Shown here piece after piece: positions 21,011-31,474 of a stretch of 64,000 nt of DNA; positions within the stretch are counted from its first letter, which is position 1, and each line of letters opens with the position of its first letter. The DNA is taken from positions 1,600,001-1,664,000 of the forward strand of contig CAWIAD010000001.1 in NCBI GenBank assembly GCA_963833985.1, given 5' to 3'. The position numbers and the translations under genes are program-made. The notes under the pieces were generated by a model, which saw only the letters and a program-made list of their open reading frames with translations, was not told the origin of the DNA and searched no databases. The DNA comes from an uncultured Planctomycetaceae bacterium. Lineage in GTDB: Bacteria > Planctomycetota > Planctomycetia > Isosphaerales > Isosphaeraceae.

Positions 21011-22910
21011 TCACTCGCGGCGCGCCACGTAGACGATGGTCCCCAGGGCGACGATTCCGAGCATGGCCATCACCGTGGGCACGACCACCAGCCGCGAGCG
21101 GAGCACGGGGTCCGCCGTGAGAGTCGAGCGCCACATGGGTGCTGGGCGAGATGCCCACCGCGTCGGGTCGACCACGCAGCCAGCTCGCCGCATTCATGAT
21201 CAGGTCGAGGTTCGTGGGCTCGATTCCCTGCACCACGTTGTCAGCCAGGGCGCGGCTGGAGAAGAGAACGAGCCGGGGACGGCCGGCCACCGCGGTGGAA
21301 GCCGCGCCGGCCGGTGCCGAGGCCGCGGTTCGCTCCTGCACGGCCACACCCAGCGTCACGGGGCCAGGCTCGTCGACCCCCTGGTCGAGCTGGGGCCGCG
21401 GGTTGGTGAGATCGGTCTCGGCCCACGAGCCGGGGGACGACTGGAGGATCGCCACAGGAATGAGATTGGCGTTAACCGGCCGGGAGGCCGGTTTGCTCGC
21501 CGCGCTCGGGCCCTGTCCCAGAATGTGGATGGGCGCGCCATTGGGAACCAGAACGGCCCTGTCGGACTGGAGAGCGTCCGTGATGGGGTGTCCGCGGCCG
21601 CCTTTCAGCGGTGCGAAGATCAACTGGACGTTCCGGTTGAAGTTGAACCGGGGATCGATCACCAGGCCACGGCCCAGCTCGAGGTTGAACATCCGGAAGA
21701 ACTCGTCGAGGCCGGCCGGCTCCGTCGTACCGGCCAGTGCCAGGACGGGCTTTCCCTGCTCCGCATAGGCCCTGAGCCTGGCCGTTTCCTCGGGTTTGAA
21801 CGGACTGCGAGGTCCGGCGATCACCAGCAGAGCCAGGTCGTCGGGTATGGGATCGCTGGTGAGGTTCAGCTCAACAGCCTCGCATCCCACCGAGGCCAGG
21901 CGGGCGCGCCAGAGACCGATGCCCTGTCCGCTGGGGTTCAGGTCTGCCAGGGGGGGCTCGCCGTGGCCCGTGGTGAATCCCACCTTCGATGTCTTCGCCT
22001 CGCGGAGCCTGATCAGAGCCGAGGTGATGGCGTCCTCGCCTTTGAAGGCTGACTCGAAGCGGTCGCTGCCCCCCCGGGCCGCATCGGCGCGGAGCGGTTC
22101 GAACAGCTCCTGCCCGGGCACGGCCACGAACTGGGCGTCCGACCCTGCTCCATACTCGATGAGCACGCCGCCGGCGCGCATCACGGCAAGGTCCGGGGCG
22201 CGCTTCGCCAGGTCCTCGGTCCGCGCCAGCTCGGTATACGGGTTCAGGCTGTCGATCTTGATGAAATCCGGCCGCGCGGCACGGTAAAGCTCCAGAAGCT
22301 GGATCACCCGATCGAGCTGGCGGGCCGACCGGGGTCCGCTGCCATAGACCACGTGGAAGCTCACCGGGCGGGTCAGGCTCTCGATCTGGTTGATCGAGAG
22401 GCTGGACAGTGAGAACGTCTGCTCGAGCGTCATGTCGATGGCCTGGCCGCCATAACGGAACGCCGCCACGTTGGCGACGATGAGGATGCCGGCAAGCAGG
22501 CTCGCGTTCAGCAACAGGCTTGCAAGGTCGGCCGTGCGCCGCAGCACGTAGCTGGAGTGCCGGTAGCCGCGGCTGGCCTGGTTCGAATAGACCACCAGGC
22601 CGATGCCCAGGCCGAACGCGGGAATCGACCAGCGAACCCCGTGAGTGACTCCCAGGGCCAGGTAGCCGCCCAGGAGAATCAGCACCAGTCCGGCAGTCAG
22701 ACCGGCAATCAAGCGATCGCGATAGGCCGGCGGGGGTGCCTCCGGGTCGTCGTCGCTGCGGGCTGCCTGGCCGATCGGCGCGCTGCGCAAGATCCAGAAG
22801 AGGATCAGGTAGCTCGCCAGCAGCAGCGCGCCGATCCAGATTTCGGGAAGCCGGAGAAGTGCCGAGATACCGTCTGACATCACACCCTGATCCCGTGCGC
22901 GGGTTGCCAC
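21011..22910 (-). CDS. GldG-like ABC transporter auxiliary protein; frameshift near 21126
   Basis: IDMTLEQTFSLS, GEDAITSAL, FTTGHGE, LVIAGP, SWAETDL, NLDLIMNAASWL; C-terminal TM (ending VARRE) is in ORF 21011..21193. Confidence 0.8.
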
Positions 22911-22916
22911 CTGGGG

Positions 22917-23681
22917 TTATCGTCGCCGCTCGGCCTCAAGAATCCGCACGGCGACGTAGAGCGAAAACACGCAGACCGACAGATGCAGCGCCAGCGTCCG
23001 CAAGTCCAGCTGCCCTTGCCCGAATGACCGGAGCTGAACATAGACCGCCAGGAACCGGACCGCCTCCGCCCAGCCATACTGCTGGCGTACGGCGTAGAAG
23101 TAGAGCAAGAGCGTGAGCACCACCAGCAGGAAGAGGACCACGAAGGTCCACACCGCGGCGACGATCTGGTTGCGGGTCAGCGCGCTGAACGCCAGCCCGA
23201 TGGCCACGAACATCATTCCCACGGTCAAAAGCCCGATGCCCAGGGCAAGTACCGGTCCCACGTCAAAGTAATAGTTCGCCTGGAAATAGAGGAAGGGCAG
23301 ATAAAGCGCGAATGGGAACAGGAGCGCCAGGTACATGATCACGCCGGCCAACCACTTGGCGATCACGATCTCGGTCTCGGAGACCGGCAAGGTCAAGAGG
23401 GTCTCGATGGTGCCGGTCCGCCGCTCCTCGGCCAGCAGCCGCATGGTCAGGAGCGGCACGGCGACGAGGATGCTGAACCAGAACAGGGGGCTGGAGGAGA
23501 CATACATGGTCATCGGGTCGCGGACGCTCGAGAATTCGCGCTGGGGCTGGCTGAGCGCATCGACAAGCTCCCAGAAATTGAGCAACGCGATGACCTGGAA
23601 CGCGAGCAGCACGATGTACGCCATCGGACCCAGGAAGAAGGCGCTGAGCTCGCGGCCGAGCAGGGTTGGAATGTGTCGCAT
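22917..23681 (-). CDS. ABC-2 permease, GldF-like
   Basis: RELSAFF, PLLTMRLLAEERRTGTIETLLTLP, SALTRNQIVAA. Confidence 0.9.
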   Translation of the reverse strand: MRHIPTLLGRELSAFFLGPMAYIVLLAFQVIALLNFWELVDALSQPQREFSSVRDPMTMYVSSSPLFWFSILVAVPLLTMRLLAEERRTGTIETLLTLPVSETEIVIAKWLAGVIMYLALLFPFALYLPFLYFQANYYFDVGPVLALGIGLLTVGMMFVAIGLAFSALTRNQIVAAVWTFVVLFLLVVLTLLLYFYAVRQQYGWAEAVRFLAVYVQLRSFGQGQLDLRTLALHLSVCVFSLYVAVRILEAERRR

Positions 23682-23683
23682 GA

Positions 23684-24632
23684 TCAGTCCGCCTTGCCTG
23701 GGGAAGGTGCGGCCCCTTCGCCGGTGACCGCTTCGACGAACCGCTCCTCCAGCGAGCTGCGCTTCAGCTCCAGGCGGCGCAAGCTCCAGCCACCGGCGGC
23801 GAGCTTCTGGGAAACCGCCTCGCGCACGTCGCGTGCGCCGTGGGTTGTCAGCTCGAACCCGGAAACACCCGCATCGCGCGCGGTGACGGTCACCCGGTTG
23901 ACTCCGTCGACAGTCATCAGCGCGTTGCGGATCGGTTCGGCCGGCCCCCGCGCCTCGACCACGACGGCCTGATCCTGCCGCAAGGCGTCGAGCTTCTGAT
24001 CGATGGCGATCTTGCCGCCGGCGATGATGATCACGCGCTCGCAGACCGCTTCAACTTCGGACATGATATGCGTCGAGAGCAGGACCGTGTGCTTCGCCCC
24101 CAGCTCGCTGATCAACCGTCGCACGTCCCGAATCTGGATCGGGTCAAGCCCCGAGGTCGGTTCGTCGAGGATGAGGATGTCCGGATCGTGGATCAGCGCC
24201 TCCGCCAGCCCGACACGCTGGCGAAACCCTCGCGACAGATGCCCCACGATACGGTCTTCGACCTCGGCCAGCCGGCACCGGGTGATCACCTCGCTGATCG
24301 CCGCCCGGCGTTTCGATCGGCTGACGTCCTTGAGCCGCGCGGTACCGGAGATACTCCTTGACCCGCATCTCCGGGTAGAGCGGCACGTTCTCCGGCAAGT
24401 AGCCCACCTTGCGCCTGACGGCCAGGGGCTCATCGAGTGTGTCGTGGCCGGACAGCACGGCCCGGCCGCTGGTGGCCGAGAGATATGTGGTGAGGATGCG
24501 CATGGTCGTCGTCTTCCCGGCCCCGTTGGGACCAAGCAACCCGACGATCTCGCCCCGGCCGACAGCGAAGCTGATCTGGTCGATGGCTCGGACCGAACCG
24601 TATTGCTTGGTCAATCGTTCGACCTCGATCAT
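23684..24632 (-). CDS. ABC ATP-binding protein, GldA-like; frameshift near 24338
   Basis: Walker A GPNGAGKTT, LSRGFRQRVGLA, LILDEPTSGLDP, STHIM split across two ORFs. Confidence 0.9.
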
Positions 24633-24897
24633 CGCACCAACCCTGACTTTGCCACGCGCGTTCACTCCGCTTCGGGATGCCAACAAATCCTACCGCATGC
24701 GGCCGAGTTGTGACAGGCGCGCCGACGATCCGCGCGCCGTCGGCGCCTGAGCCCGGCCGCGCGGAGGTGCGCGGGGACCCGGCACCTCGCCGCGAAGATG
24801 ACCGCGCTCAACACGCCTCGCACGACCGGATCTTGCCACAGCAACCGAATGGAGCCACCGGGCAAAGCCGAGCTGACGACCCATCGCCGAGGCTGCA

Positions 24898-26190
24898 TCA
24901 GCCCGAGCCTGAGCCCGCGATCCACACCAGGACGACGCGATGGTGTTTCCCGGTAGTGCTATTCCTACCCGTCGGGGAACGACCGTCCTGAAACGCCAGG
25001 CGGAGCGGATCGTGATTCGTCTCGGACCGTGCGCCCGATGCGTCGCTTGCGGCGAGCCCCGCGCCGGGCTCGGGGTCAGAGCGGGAGACCGCACCAGCCC
25101 CAGCAGCTTCATCGCCGGAGGCCAGTGTTTGCTGGTTCTCGACACGGCCAGACCCGTCACGAAGCAGACCAGCGGCCGGAGAGCTGCGCTCTTGCTCGAC
25201 GGTCGGTCCGGTTTTCGTGGGTCCGGACGCGCTGGCGGGAGGGGACTGCGCGAGGGCATCGGCCGAACCCCCCGGCGCACCTGTTCGCAACGCAAGACTG
25301 ACGCTCGGGATCGTCAGGTCGCCGAGCGGATGAGCGGGCAAGGCAACCACCTGGCCGATCTCCGCCAGTTGCATGGCAACCGCCGGATCGATGTCGCTTT
25401 CCTCGAGACGGTCGCGGAACGCTTCCTTGAGCCGGTTGCGGAAGGGTTCGAACTCCGAGTCGTCGAGGACCACTGCAAAGACGGTGGCGTGGTCCGGGTG
25501 CCGCGGATCGATCACGATGCCTTCCGCGACGGTGATCTTGAAGAAATCGCGGTGGCTCGTTCGTTCGACCAGCGAGGCGACCTGATGCGTGGTTGGCTGG
25601 CCAATCCGGTCGGCGACGAGGAAGACGCGGCTGAGCCGAGGATCGTCCAGCAAGGCCCGTACGCGTTGCTGTGGATCGACCTGGTTAACCAGGGTGCCGT
25701 ATGGTACCGCCTGGGCCTCGGCGGGACCGAATACCTCTCCAGGCAACGCGGAATCAGGGCGGAGACTGGCTGTGAGGTTCCCGCCGGAGGACGGAGACCC
25801 CGCCGCGTGGGCCACGCTCTCTGATGGCGAGGTGGCGACGGCGATGCGTGACGGGGCGGCCAGCCGCGACGGCACCGCGGTCAGAATCGCCACGGCACCA
25901 AGAACCGAGGCAGCCACCGCCAGGGCCGTCCAGGAGCGACGACGCTGCGACCAGGGGCGGGCCTGGCGGTGCCTGGCCGTAAGGCGCAGCCGCGACATGA
26001 TCTGGGGCGTCATGTCGGGCGTGACCGGACGAGACAGGCCGGCAATCAGGTCACGGACGGCGGCGAGTGCCCGCAGTCGGGCTGCGAGCCGGGGGTTGGC
26101 CGCGACCCGGAATTCGACCCTCCGCCGCTGTTCGGGTTCCAGTTCGTCGTCGAGGTAAGCCTCGAGCAAGATTTCGTCGTCAGCACACAT
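24898..26190 (-). CDS. Membrane-anchored anti-sigma factor
   Basis: LLEAYLDDELEPEQRRRVE N-terminus, TM segment ALAVAASVLGAVAIL; follows ECF sigma. Confidence 0.75.
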   Translation of the reverse strand: MCADDEILLEAYLDDELEPEQRRRVEFRVAANPRLAARLRALAAVRDLIAGLSRPVTPDMTPQIMSRLRLTARHRQARPWSQRRRSWTALAVAASVLGAVAILTAVPSRLAAPSRIAVATSPSESVAHAAGSPSSGGNLTASLRPDSALPGEVFGPAEAQAVPYGTLVNQVDPQQRVRALLDDPRLSRVFLVADRIGQPTTHQVASLVERTSHRDFFKITVAEGIVIDPRHPDHATVFAVVLDDSEFEPFRNRLKEAFRDRLEESDIDPAVAMQLAEIGQVVALPAHPLGDLTIPSVSLALRTGAPGGSADALAQSPPASASGPTKTGPTVEQERSSPAAGLLRDGSGRVENQQTLASGDEAAGAGAVSRSDPEPGAGLAASDASGARSETNHDPLRLAFQDGRSPTGRNSTTGKHHRVVLVWIAGSGSG

Positions 26191-26299
26191 GGTTGGTTTG
26201 CCGCCGTTCGCACGGTCGTGAGAAGTATGCCTCGGCTTGCGTGCCCGCCCTCCGTGCTCCAGGAACCAGGTCGAGGTCACGTCACATCGATTCCCGGCA

Positions 26300-26929
26300 T
26301 CACGCATCCACGGCTTTCTCGGTTTCCTGATAAGCGTGTCGCGTCTCGGAATCCTGGTCAAGCAATGATTGCAGTCGCGCACGCAGTTCCGATCGTGCCC
26401 GATGAAGCCGGCTGCGCACCGTGCCCACCGGAATCTTCAACAGCGTGCTGATTTCTTCGTAGCGGTGGCCATCGAAGTCTTTCAGGATCACCACGGCACG
26501 GTGTTCGGGCCCAAGCTTGCCAAGTGCGGCCTCCACCAGAGCGTCTCGTTCCAGCCGTTCCAGGGCGACGGAGGGGTCGCTATCAGGCGACTCGTCTGCC
26601 GGCTCGGCAGTGCAGCGGTGCCGTGCGGCCTGGTCGAGCCGGGACAATCGACGATTGTGATCCCGGCGCTGGTTGCTCAGGGCCAGGTTCACTGCGATCC
26701 TGTAAATCCAGGTATAGAAGGAACTTTCTCCGTGGAACTGATCGAGCTTCTCGAATCCGCGTACGAATGCGTCCTGGACGACGTCCTGCGCATCGTCGGC
26801 CGAGCCGACAAGCCGGGCGATGGTCGGGAAGAGGCGGCCCTGGTAGCGTTCGACAAGGCAGCCGAACGCCTCGGTCTGCCCTGCGCGGCACGCCGCCACC
26901 AGGCTGTGGTCGTCCTCGTACCCGGTCAT
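26300..26929 (-). CDS. ECF sigma-70 factor (RpoE-like)
   Basis: AFGCLVERY, DAQDVVQDAF, FYTWIYRIAVN, YEEISTLLKIPVGTVRSRLHRAR. Confidence 0.92.
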   Translation of the reverse strand: MTGYEDDHSLVAACRAGQTEAFGCLVERYQGRLFPTIARLVGSADDAQDVVQDAFVRGFEKLDQFHGESSFYTWIYRIAVNLALSNQRRDHNRRLSRLDQAARHRCTAEPADESPDSDPSVALERLERDALVEAALGKLGPEHRAVVILKDFDGHRYEEISTLLKIPVGTVRSRLHRARSELRARLQSLLDQDSETRHAYQETEKAVDA

Positions 26930-27328
26930 CTTCAGCTTAGATGCGTCCACGGCGGGACAAGTTCCCGAAAACGTGTGTCAGGGCTGCCTGGTCCCCGGAG
27001 CGAATCATCGGCAAGGCCTGTCGGGCAACCCGGATTGCCGGAGGGCCGCTCGTACCATGATCTTTCTATTCTACTGGAATCGGAGCGCCAGGGCGAGCAT
27101 CCCGCTCCAGTCTCGATTTCATATCAATCATGCCTGCCAGTCGATTTGATCGCCCGCGCACGCGGGCCGGCGATCGGACGGACCGTTGTTCGCTGATGCA
27201 GCGCACATGGAGTATGCGCTGCCCGCATGGCGCATTGGTCAAGGCCTGAATATTTTTCTCATCATCAGGCCTACAGCGTCTTGCGTGGCGTTGGACACCA
27301 CCTTAGAATCCTTTCCACATCAACCGAT

Positions 27329-27454
27329 AATCGTATGCTTCTATTATGTAATGATGCCAAGTTTGATGACATCATTGCGTGGCATTTGACGCTGTCCGTC
27401 CCCGGCGCTTGACTGCGCCCGAACCTGAACCTTCAACATCGACTCGAGGTCGCC
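27329..27454 (+). promoter_or_regulatory. Conserved upstream leader, copy 1
   Basis: Alignable by eye to 30677..30806; identical 17-mer TGACATCATTGCGTGGC; GAGGT RBS. Confidence 0.55.
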
Positions 27455-30388
27455 ATGGGTAGAAAAACTGCGCACCGCACCAGGAGATTCCAGCTGGAAC
27501 CACTTGAGGATCGTGTCTTGCTCTCGACCGTCGGGGTGGACGTCAAGGGCAATAGCCCTTACGCCGGCGACGCCACCTGGGTGGACCTCCGGCATCTCCT
27601 GCTTCCGTGGGGACAGTTCTCAGGCACCACCTACAGCCCCAACCCCTCGCTCAAGCTCAACTCCACCGGGTATCCCGAGTCCACCGCGGGAACGTACGCC
27701 GAGATCAACAACTATCCCGACGGGAATTACCAGGTCAGCTATTCCGGGCAAGCCACGCTGGACTTCTTTGGCATCGGGCAGCTTGCGGGCCCGGCCACGC
27801 TGGGCAGCGACGGGCTCTATCATGCCATGCTCCACGTGAACCACGCCATCTACCCGGACCACATCACGCTGATGCTTCAGGTGACCGGGCTAGACCCGTC
27901 GAATCCGTTCGGGAATCTGAAGATTATCATGCCCGGCTACAGTCCGGACACCACCCAGCTCTACACGAACAACTTGCTCCAGGATCTTCAGCCCTTCTCC
28001 TACATCCGCATGGTGGAGTGGAACGGCACGATCAACTCCACCCAGGTGAACTGGTCGGACCGCGTGCTTCCGCAGAACTTCCTGGCCACCGGACCCAATG
28101 GCGTCTCCTACGAGGAGATCATCGCCATGGCCAACGAGGCCAGCAGGGACCTCTGGATCAACGTTCCAGCCATGGCCACCGACAGCTACGTCCAGAGCCT
28201 GGCCCAGCTCATCCAGCAGGACCTGAACCCGAACCTGAAGGTGTACGTCGAGTACAGCAACGAGACCTGGAATGCCTCCTTCAGCGAGTACTTTCAGGTT
28301 CTGGCGGCCGCCCAGAACAACCCTCTGGTGACCGACAAGAGCAACCAGGGTGTGGCCGTCGCGCAGCAGAGTGCGTACATGACCAAGCACATTGGCGACA
28401 TCTTCAAGCAGGTCTTCGGCAGCCAGGCCAGCCGCGTCTTGCCCGTACTCGGCTCGTGGGCGGCGGTACCCAGCTATAACCAGAACGAGCTGGCGTTCTT
28501 GCAGTCCAACTATGGCTCGGTGAGCAACTCCATCAGCGCCTTTGCCATCGCGCCTTACGTCACCCTGGCCTCGGGCACTGACAGGAAGGGCATGTCCATG
28601 ACGGCCCTGTTCAACTCCATGGAGAAGATGCTCAATACGGATATCTCGAGCTGGCTCACGCAAAACGAAGCGCTTTCGCAGACCTACGGCGTTCCCGTCA
28701 TCAGCTATGAGGCCGGCCAGGGGCTTTATCCCTACAACAGCAAGAACCCGCAGCTCGAGATCCAGGCGCAGAGCAACCCGGGAATGTACACCCTGTACTC
28801 GAACCTGATCGCGATGTGGGAAAAGGACATGGGAACTCCGCTGACTTTCTATGCCCTGAATGACAGCTTCTGGGGGCTCCTGCCCTCGGTCAGCGCCACG
28901 GGCGCCCCGAAGTGGGACGCGGTGATGAACGCCATCCTGCCGGCCGGCGATGCCGACCTCGACGGCAAGGTCACCGCCGCCGACATCAACATCATCGAGG
29001 CCCACATGGGCCAGACCAACGCCACCTGGGGCGATGGGGACTTCAACCACGACGGCGTGGTCGACGCGCAAGACCTGGCGCTGGCCGAGGCGAACCTGCC
29101 GGCCACCCCGGCGGCCGCCACCTTCGTCGCCCAGGACTCCACCACCCAGGGAAGCTGGAAGGGAGTTTATGGCAGCGACGGTTACACGCTGGTCGGTGAT
29201 CAGTCAAGCCTGCCGGTCTACGCGCAGCTAACCACCCAAGGCACTCTCAAGAACGTCTGGAGCAACAGTACCAGCGACGTTCGCGCCTTGCAGAAGGGAA
29301 GTTCCACGGCAACCGACCGGATCGCGGCCGCGTGGTATAGCAATTCCAACAGCTTCACGATCAACATCAATCTGCCCGACAGTCTCACACACGTAGTGAG
29401 CATTTACGCTCTGGATTGGGACAACCAGGGCCGCTCCGAGCAGATCCAGGTGACCGACGCCTCGACAGGAGCCGTGCTCGATACGCGCACCATCTCTTCC
29501 TTCGCCGGAGGCGTGTACCTGTCATGGCAGTTGACAGGCAACGTGGAGTTCACGTTCACCGGCATCTCCGGACCCAACCCGGTCGTCAGCGGCATCTTCT
29601 TCGATCACACAGGATCGTCCATGTTCGCCGGCACGAACAAGACGGCACAGGGCAACTGGCAGGGAACCTTTGGCAGCGAGGGATACCTCATGCCGAACAT
29701 CGGGTCAAGCATTCCTTCATACTTGCAGGTCACCCCCAGCAACCAGATCAACTACACGTGGAGCACCAACACCACGGATGTCCGCGCACTCAAGAGGCCC
29801 GCGCCGCAGTCGGGGCGCGTCGCTTCGTCGTGGTACAGCCCCTTCGACCAGTTCTCGGTGAACGTCAACTTCAGCGACTCTCGATCCCACCTCGTGACCT
29901 TTTACCTGCTGGACTGGGGCCGTGCCAACCGGATCGAACGGGTGGATCTGATCGACCCCTCGACCGGTGCCGTGCTGGACTCGCGTACCATCACGAACCT
30001 CTCCGGCGGCATCTACCTTTCCTGGAAGATGAGCGGGGACCTCACTTTCCGCTTCACCCGACTGTCCGGCCCCAACCCGGTGATCAACGGGATCTTCTTC
30101 GATCCGGTGCTCTCGTCGTCGATCAGTCCGGCCGTGTCGAGCTCGAGCCCAACCCCCCCGCCAGGTGCAGCCGTCGCGGCCGTTAGCCCCATTGTAGCCT
30201 TGAACCCGTCCGGCACACTCTTCACGCCCGGCGCCACCGTCTCGGCGCCGTCGGCCGCGTCCGTGAGCCGACGTGCCGCATGGTTCTCCTCGACACGGCG
30301 GCTTTTCGGGAACCTCCGCGCCGGAGACCGGCAGGGCCTTCGGGGAGGACTCGCCGCCGGTGCACCACGGACCCGGGCCGTTCCCTGA
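27455..30388 (+). CDS. Secreted protein: planctomycete export motif, putative clan GH-A-like barrel, dockerin, two tandem C-terminal modules (paralog 1)
   Basis: RRFQLEPLEDRVLLS; WINVP, VYVEYSNETWN, SYEAGQ; GDADLDGKV...GDFNHDGVV; two TQG.W.G..GS.GY...GIFFD repeats. Confidence 0.85.
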   Translation: MGRKTAHRTRRFQLEPLEDRVLLSTVGVDVKGNSPYAGDATWVDLRHLLLPWGQFSGTTYSPNPSLKLNSTGYPESTAGTYAEINNYPDGNYQVSYSGQATLDFFGIGQLAGPATLGSDGLYHAMLHVNHAIYPDHITLMLQVTGLDPSNPFGNLKIIMPGYSPDTTQLYTNNLLQDLQPFSYIRMVEWNGTINSTQVNWSDRVLPQNFLATGPNGVSYEEIIAMANEASRDLWINVPAMATDSYVQSLAQLIQQDLNPNLKVYVEYSNETWNASFSEYFQVLAAAQNNPLVTDKSNQGVAVAQQSAYMTKHIGDIFKQVFGSQASRVLPVLGSWAAVPSYNQNELAFLQSNYGSVSNSISAFAIAPYVTLASGTDRKGMSMTALFNSMEKMLNTDISSWLTQNEALSQTYGVPVISYEAGQGLYPYNSKNPQLEIQAQSNPGMYTLYSNLIAMWEKDMGTPLTFYALNDSFWGLLPSVSATGAPKWDAVMNAILPAGDADLDGKVTAADINIIEAHMGQTNATWGDGDFNHDGVVDAQDLALAEANLPATPAAATFVAQDSTTQGSWKGVYGSDGYTLVGDQSSLPVYAQLTTQGTLKNVWSNSTSDVRALQKGSSTATDRIAAAWYSNSNSFTININLPDSLTHVVSIYALDWDNQGRSEQIQVTDASTGAVLDTRTISSFAGGVYLSWQLTGNVEFTFTGISGPNPVVSGIFFDHTGSSMFAGTNKTAQGNWQGTFGSEGYLMPNIGSSIPSYLQVTPSNQINYTWSTNTTDVRALKRPAPQSGRVASSWYSPFDQFSVNVNFSDSRSHLVTFYLLDWGRANRIERVDLIDPSTGAVLDSRTITNLSGGIYLSWKMSGDLTFRFTRLSGPNPVINGIFFDPVLSSSISPAVSSSSPTPPPGAAVAAVSPIVALNPSGTLFTPGATVSAPSAASVSRRAAWFSSTRRLFGNLRAGDRQGLRGGLAAGAPRTRAVP

Positions 30389-30676
30389 ACTCGAAAGCAA
30401 GCAGCCCCGCAATGGGCCGACGACTCACACCGCACGGGAACCGGAAGCGGCCAGGGAAGGCCGCCAACAACCCTGAAAAGTACAGTCTGAGAGCAACATA
30501 AAAATTGACATTCATAATGCATTGAGTCTCACATCGCTGCCGCGCACTTCTCCACGCGCACGGTATTGCTGACTGGTTCACTCCTTCGCACAAGCAAGCG
30601 TTCACTTTCTTTTGCGCCGCTGGCCACACCCTTGCGATGCGCGGGACGGCCAAGTAGAATGCCTTCCGTCACAAAG

Positions 30677-30806
30677 AATCGTCGTATACTGTTATGATCG
30701 AGTGACGCCACGTTTGTTGACATCATTGCGTGGCTTTCCGACGTTGTCCGTCCGCCGGCGCTGAATGCGCCGAGAAATGAACCCTCAACACCGACGCGAG
30801 GTCGCG
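30677..30806 (+). promoter_or_regulatory. Conserved upstream leader, copy 2
   Basis: Paralogous to 27329..27454; TATACT at 30685 and TTGACA at 30717. Confidence 0.55.
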
Positions 30807-31474
30807 ATGGTCAGACGAAATGCGCGCCGTGCCAGCAGGCCCGGCCTGGAGTTACTCGAGCAGAGAACCCTGCTCACCACGTTCGGCGTGGACGTCAAGG
30901 GTCCCGGACCCTAGCCCATGTTTGGGGTGGGTCGCCCTAAGTCCTTGCGGCGCAAGGGGCGATTTTTCAGATTGTCACTACATCACGGTTTTTTCGTCTT
31001 CCGGTGGTGCTGGCGGCCTGAGCTCGGTTAAGCCCAGCGCCTTCAGGACCCGCCGCGCATCGGGGCAGCCTCCACTGACTCCTTGCCGTTCGGGCTGATC
31101 GTCGAGACGGAGGGTCACCACCCGGAGCGTGGAGAGAGCTTGCATCGCCCTCTCTGGAGAGAAATCTATCCCAGCGTGCTCAAGTCGGCGGTGCAATAGC
31201 CGCTGGACCAGTAATGCCAGTGCAGCTACGAAAATATGTGCTTTTACTCGTTCCTCAATCTGATGATAAATCGGCCGCATGGCCAGCACGTCCTTGAGCT
31301 GGCGAAACCCGCGCTCGACATCGCTCAGGTCCTTGTAGATCGCCACGACCTCAAGCACGCTGAGCGCTGCTTCACTCGTGGCGATCACATACTTGCCTTC
31401 GATTCCCTGCTCATTGGTCAGACCCTTCGTGTTCTCAAAGTAGCGGAAAATCCCCTTGTCGAGGTCCCACGAAT

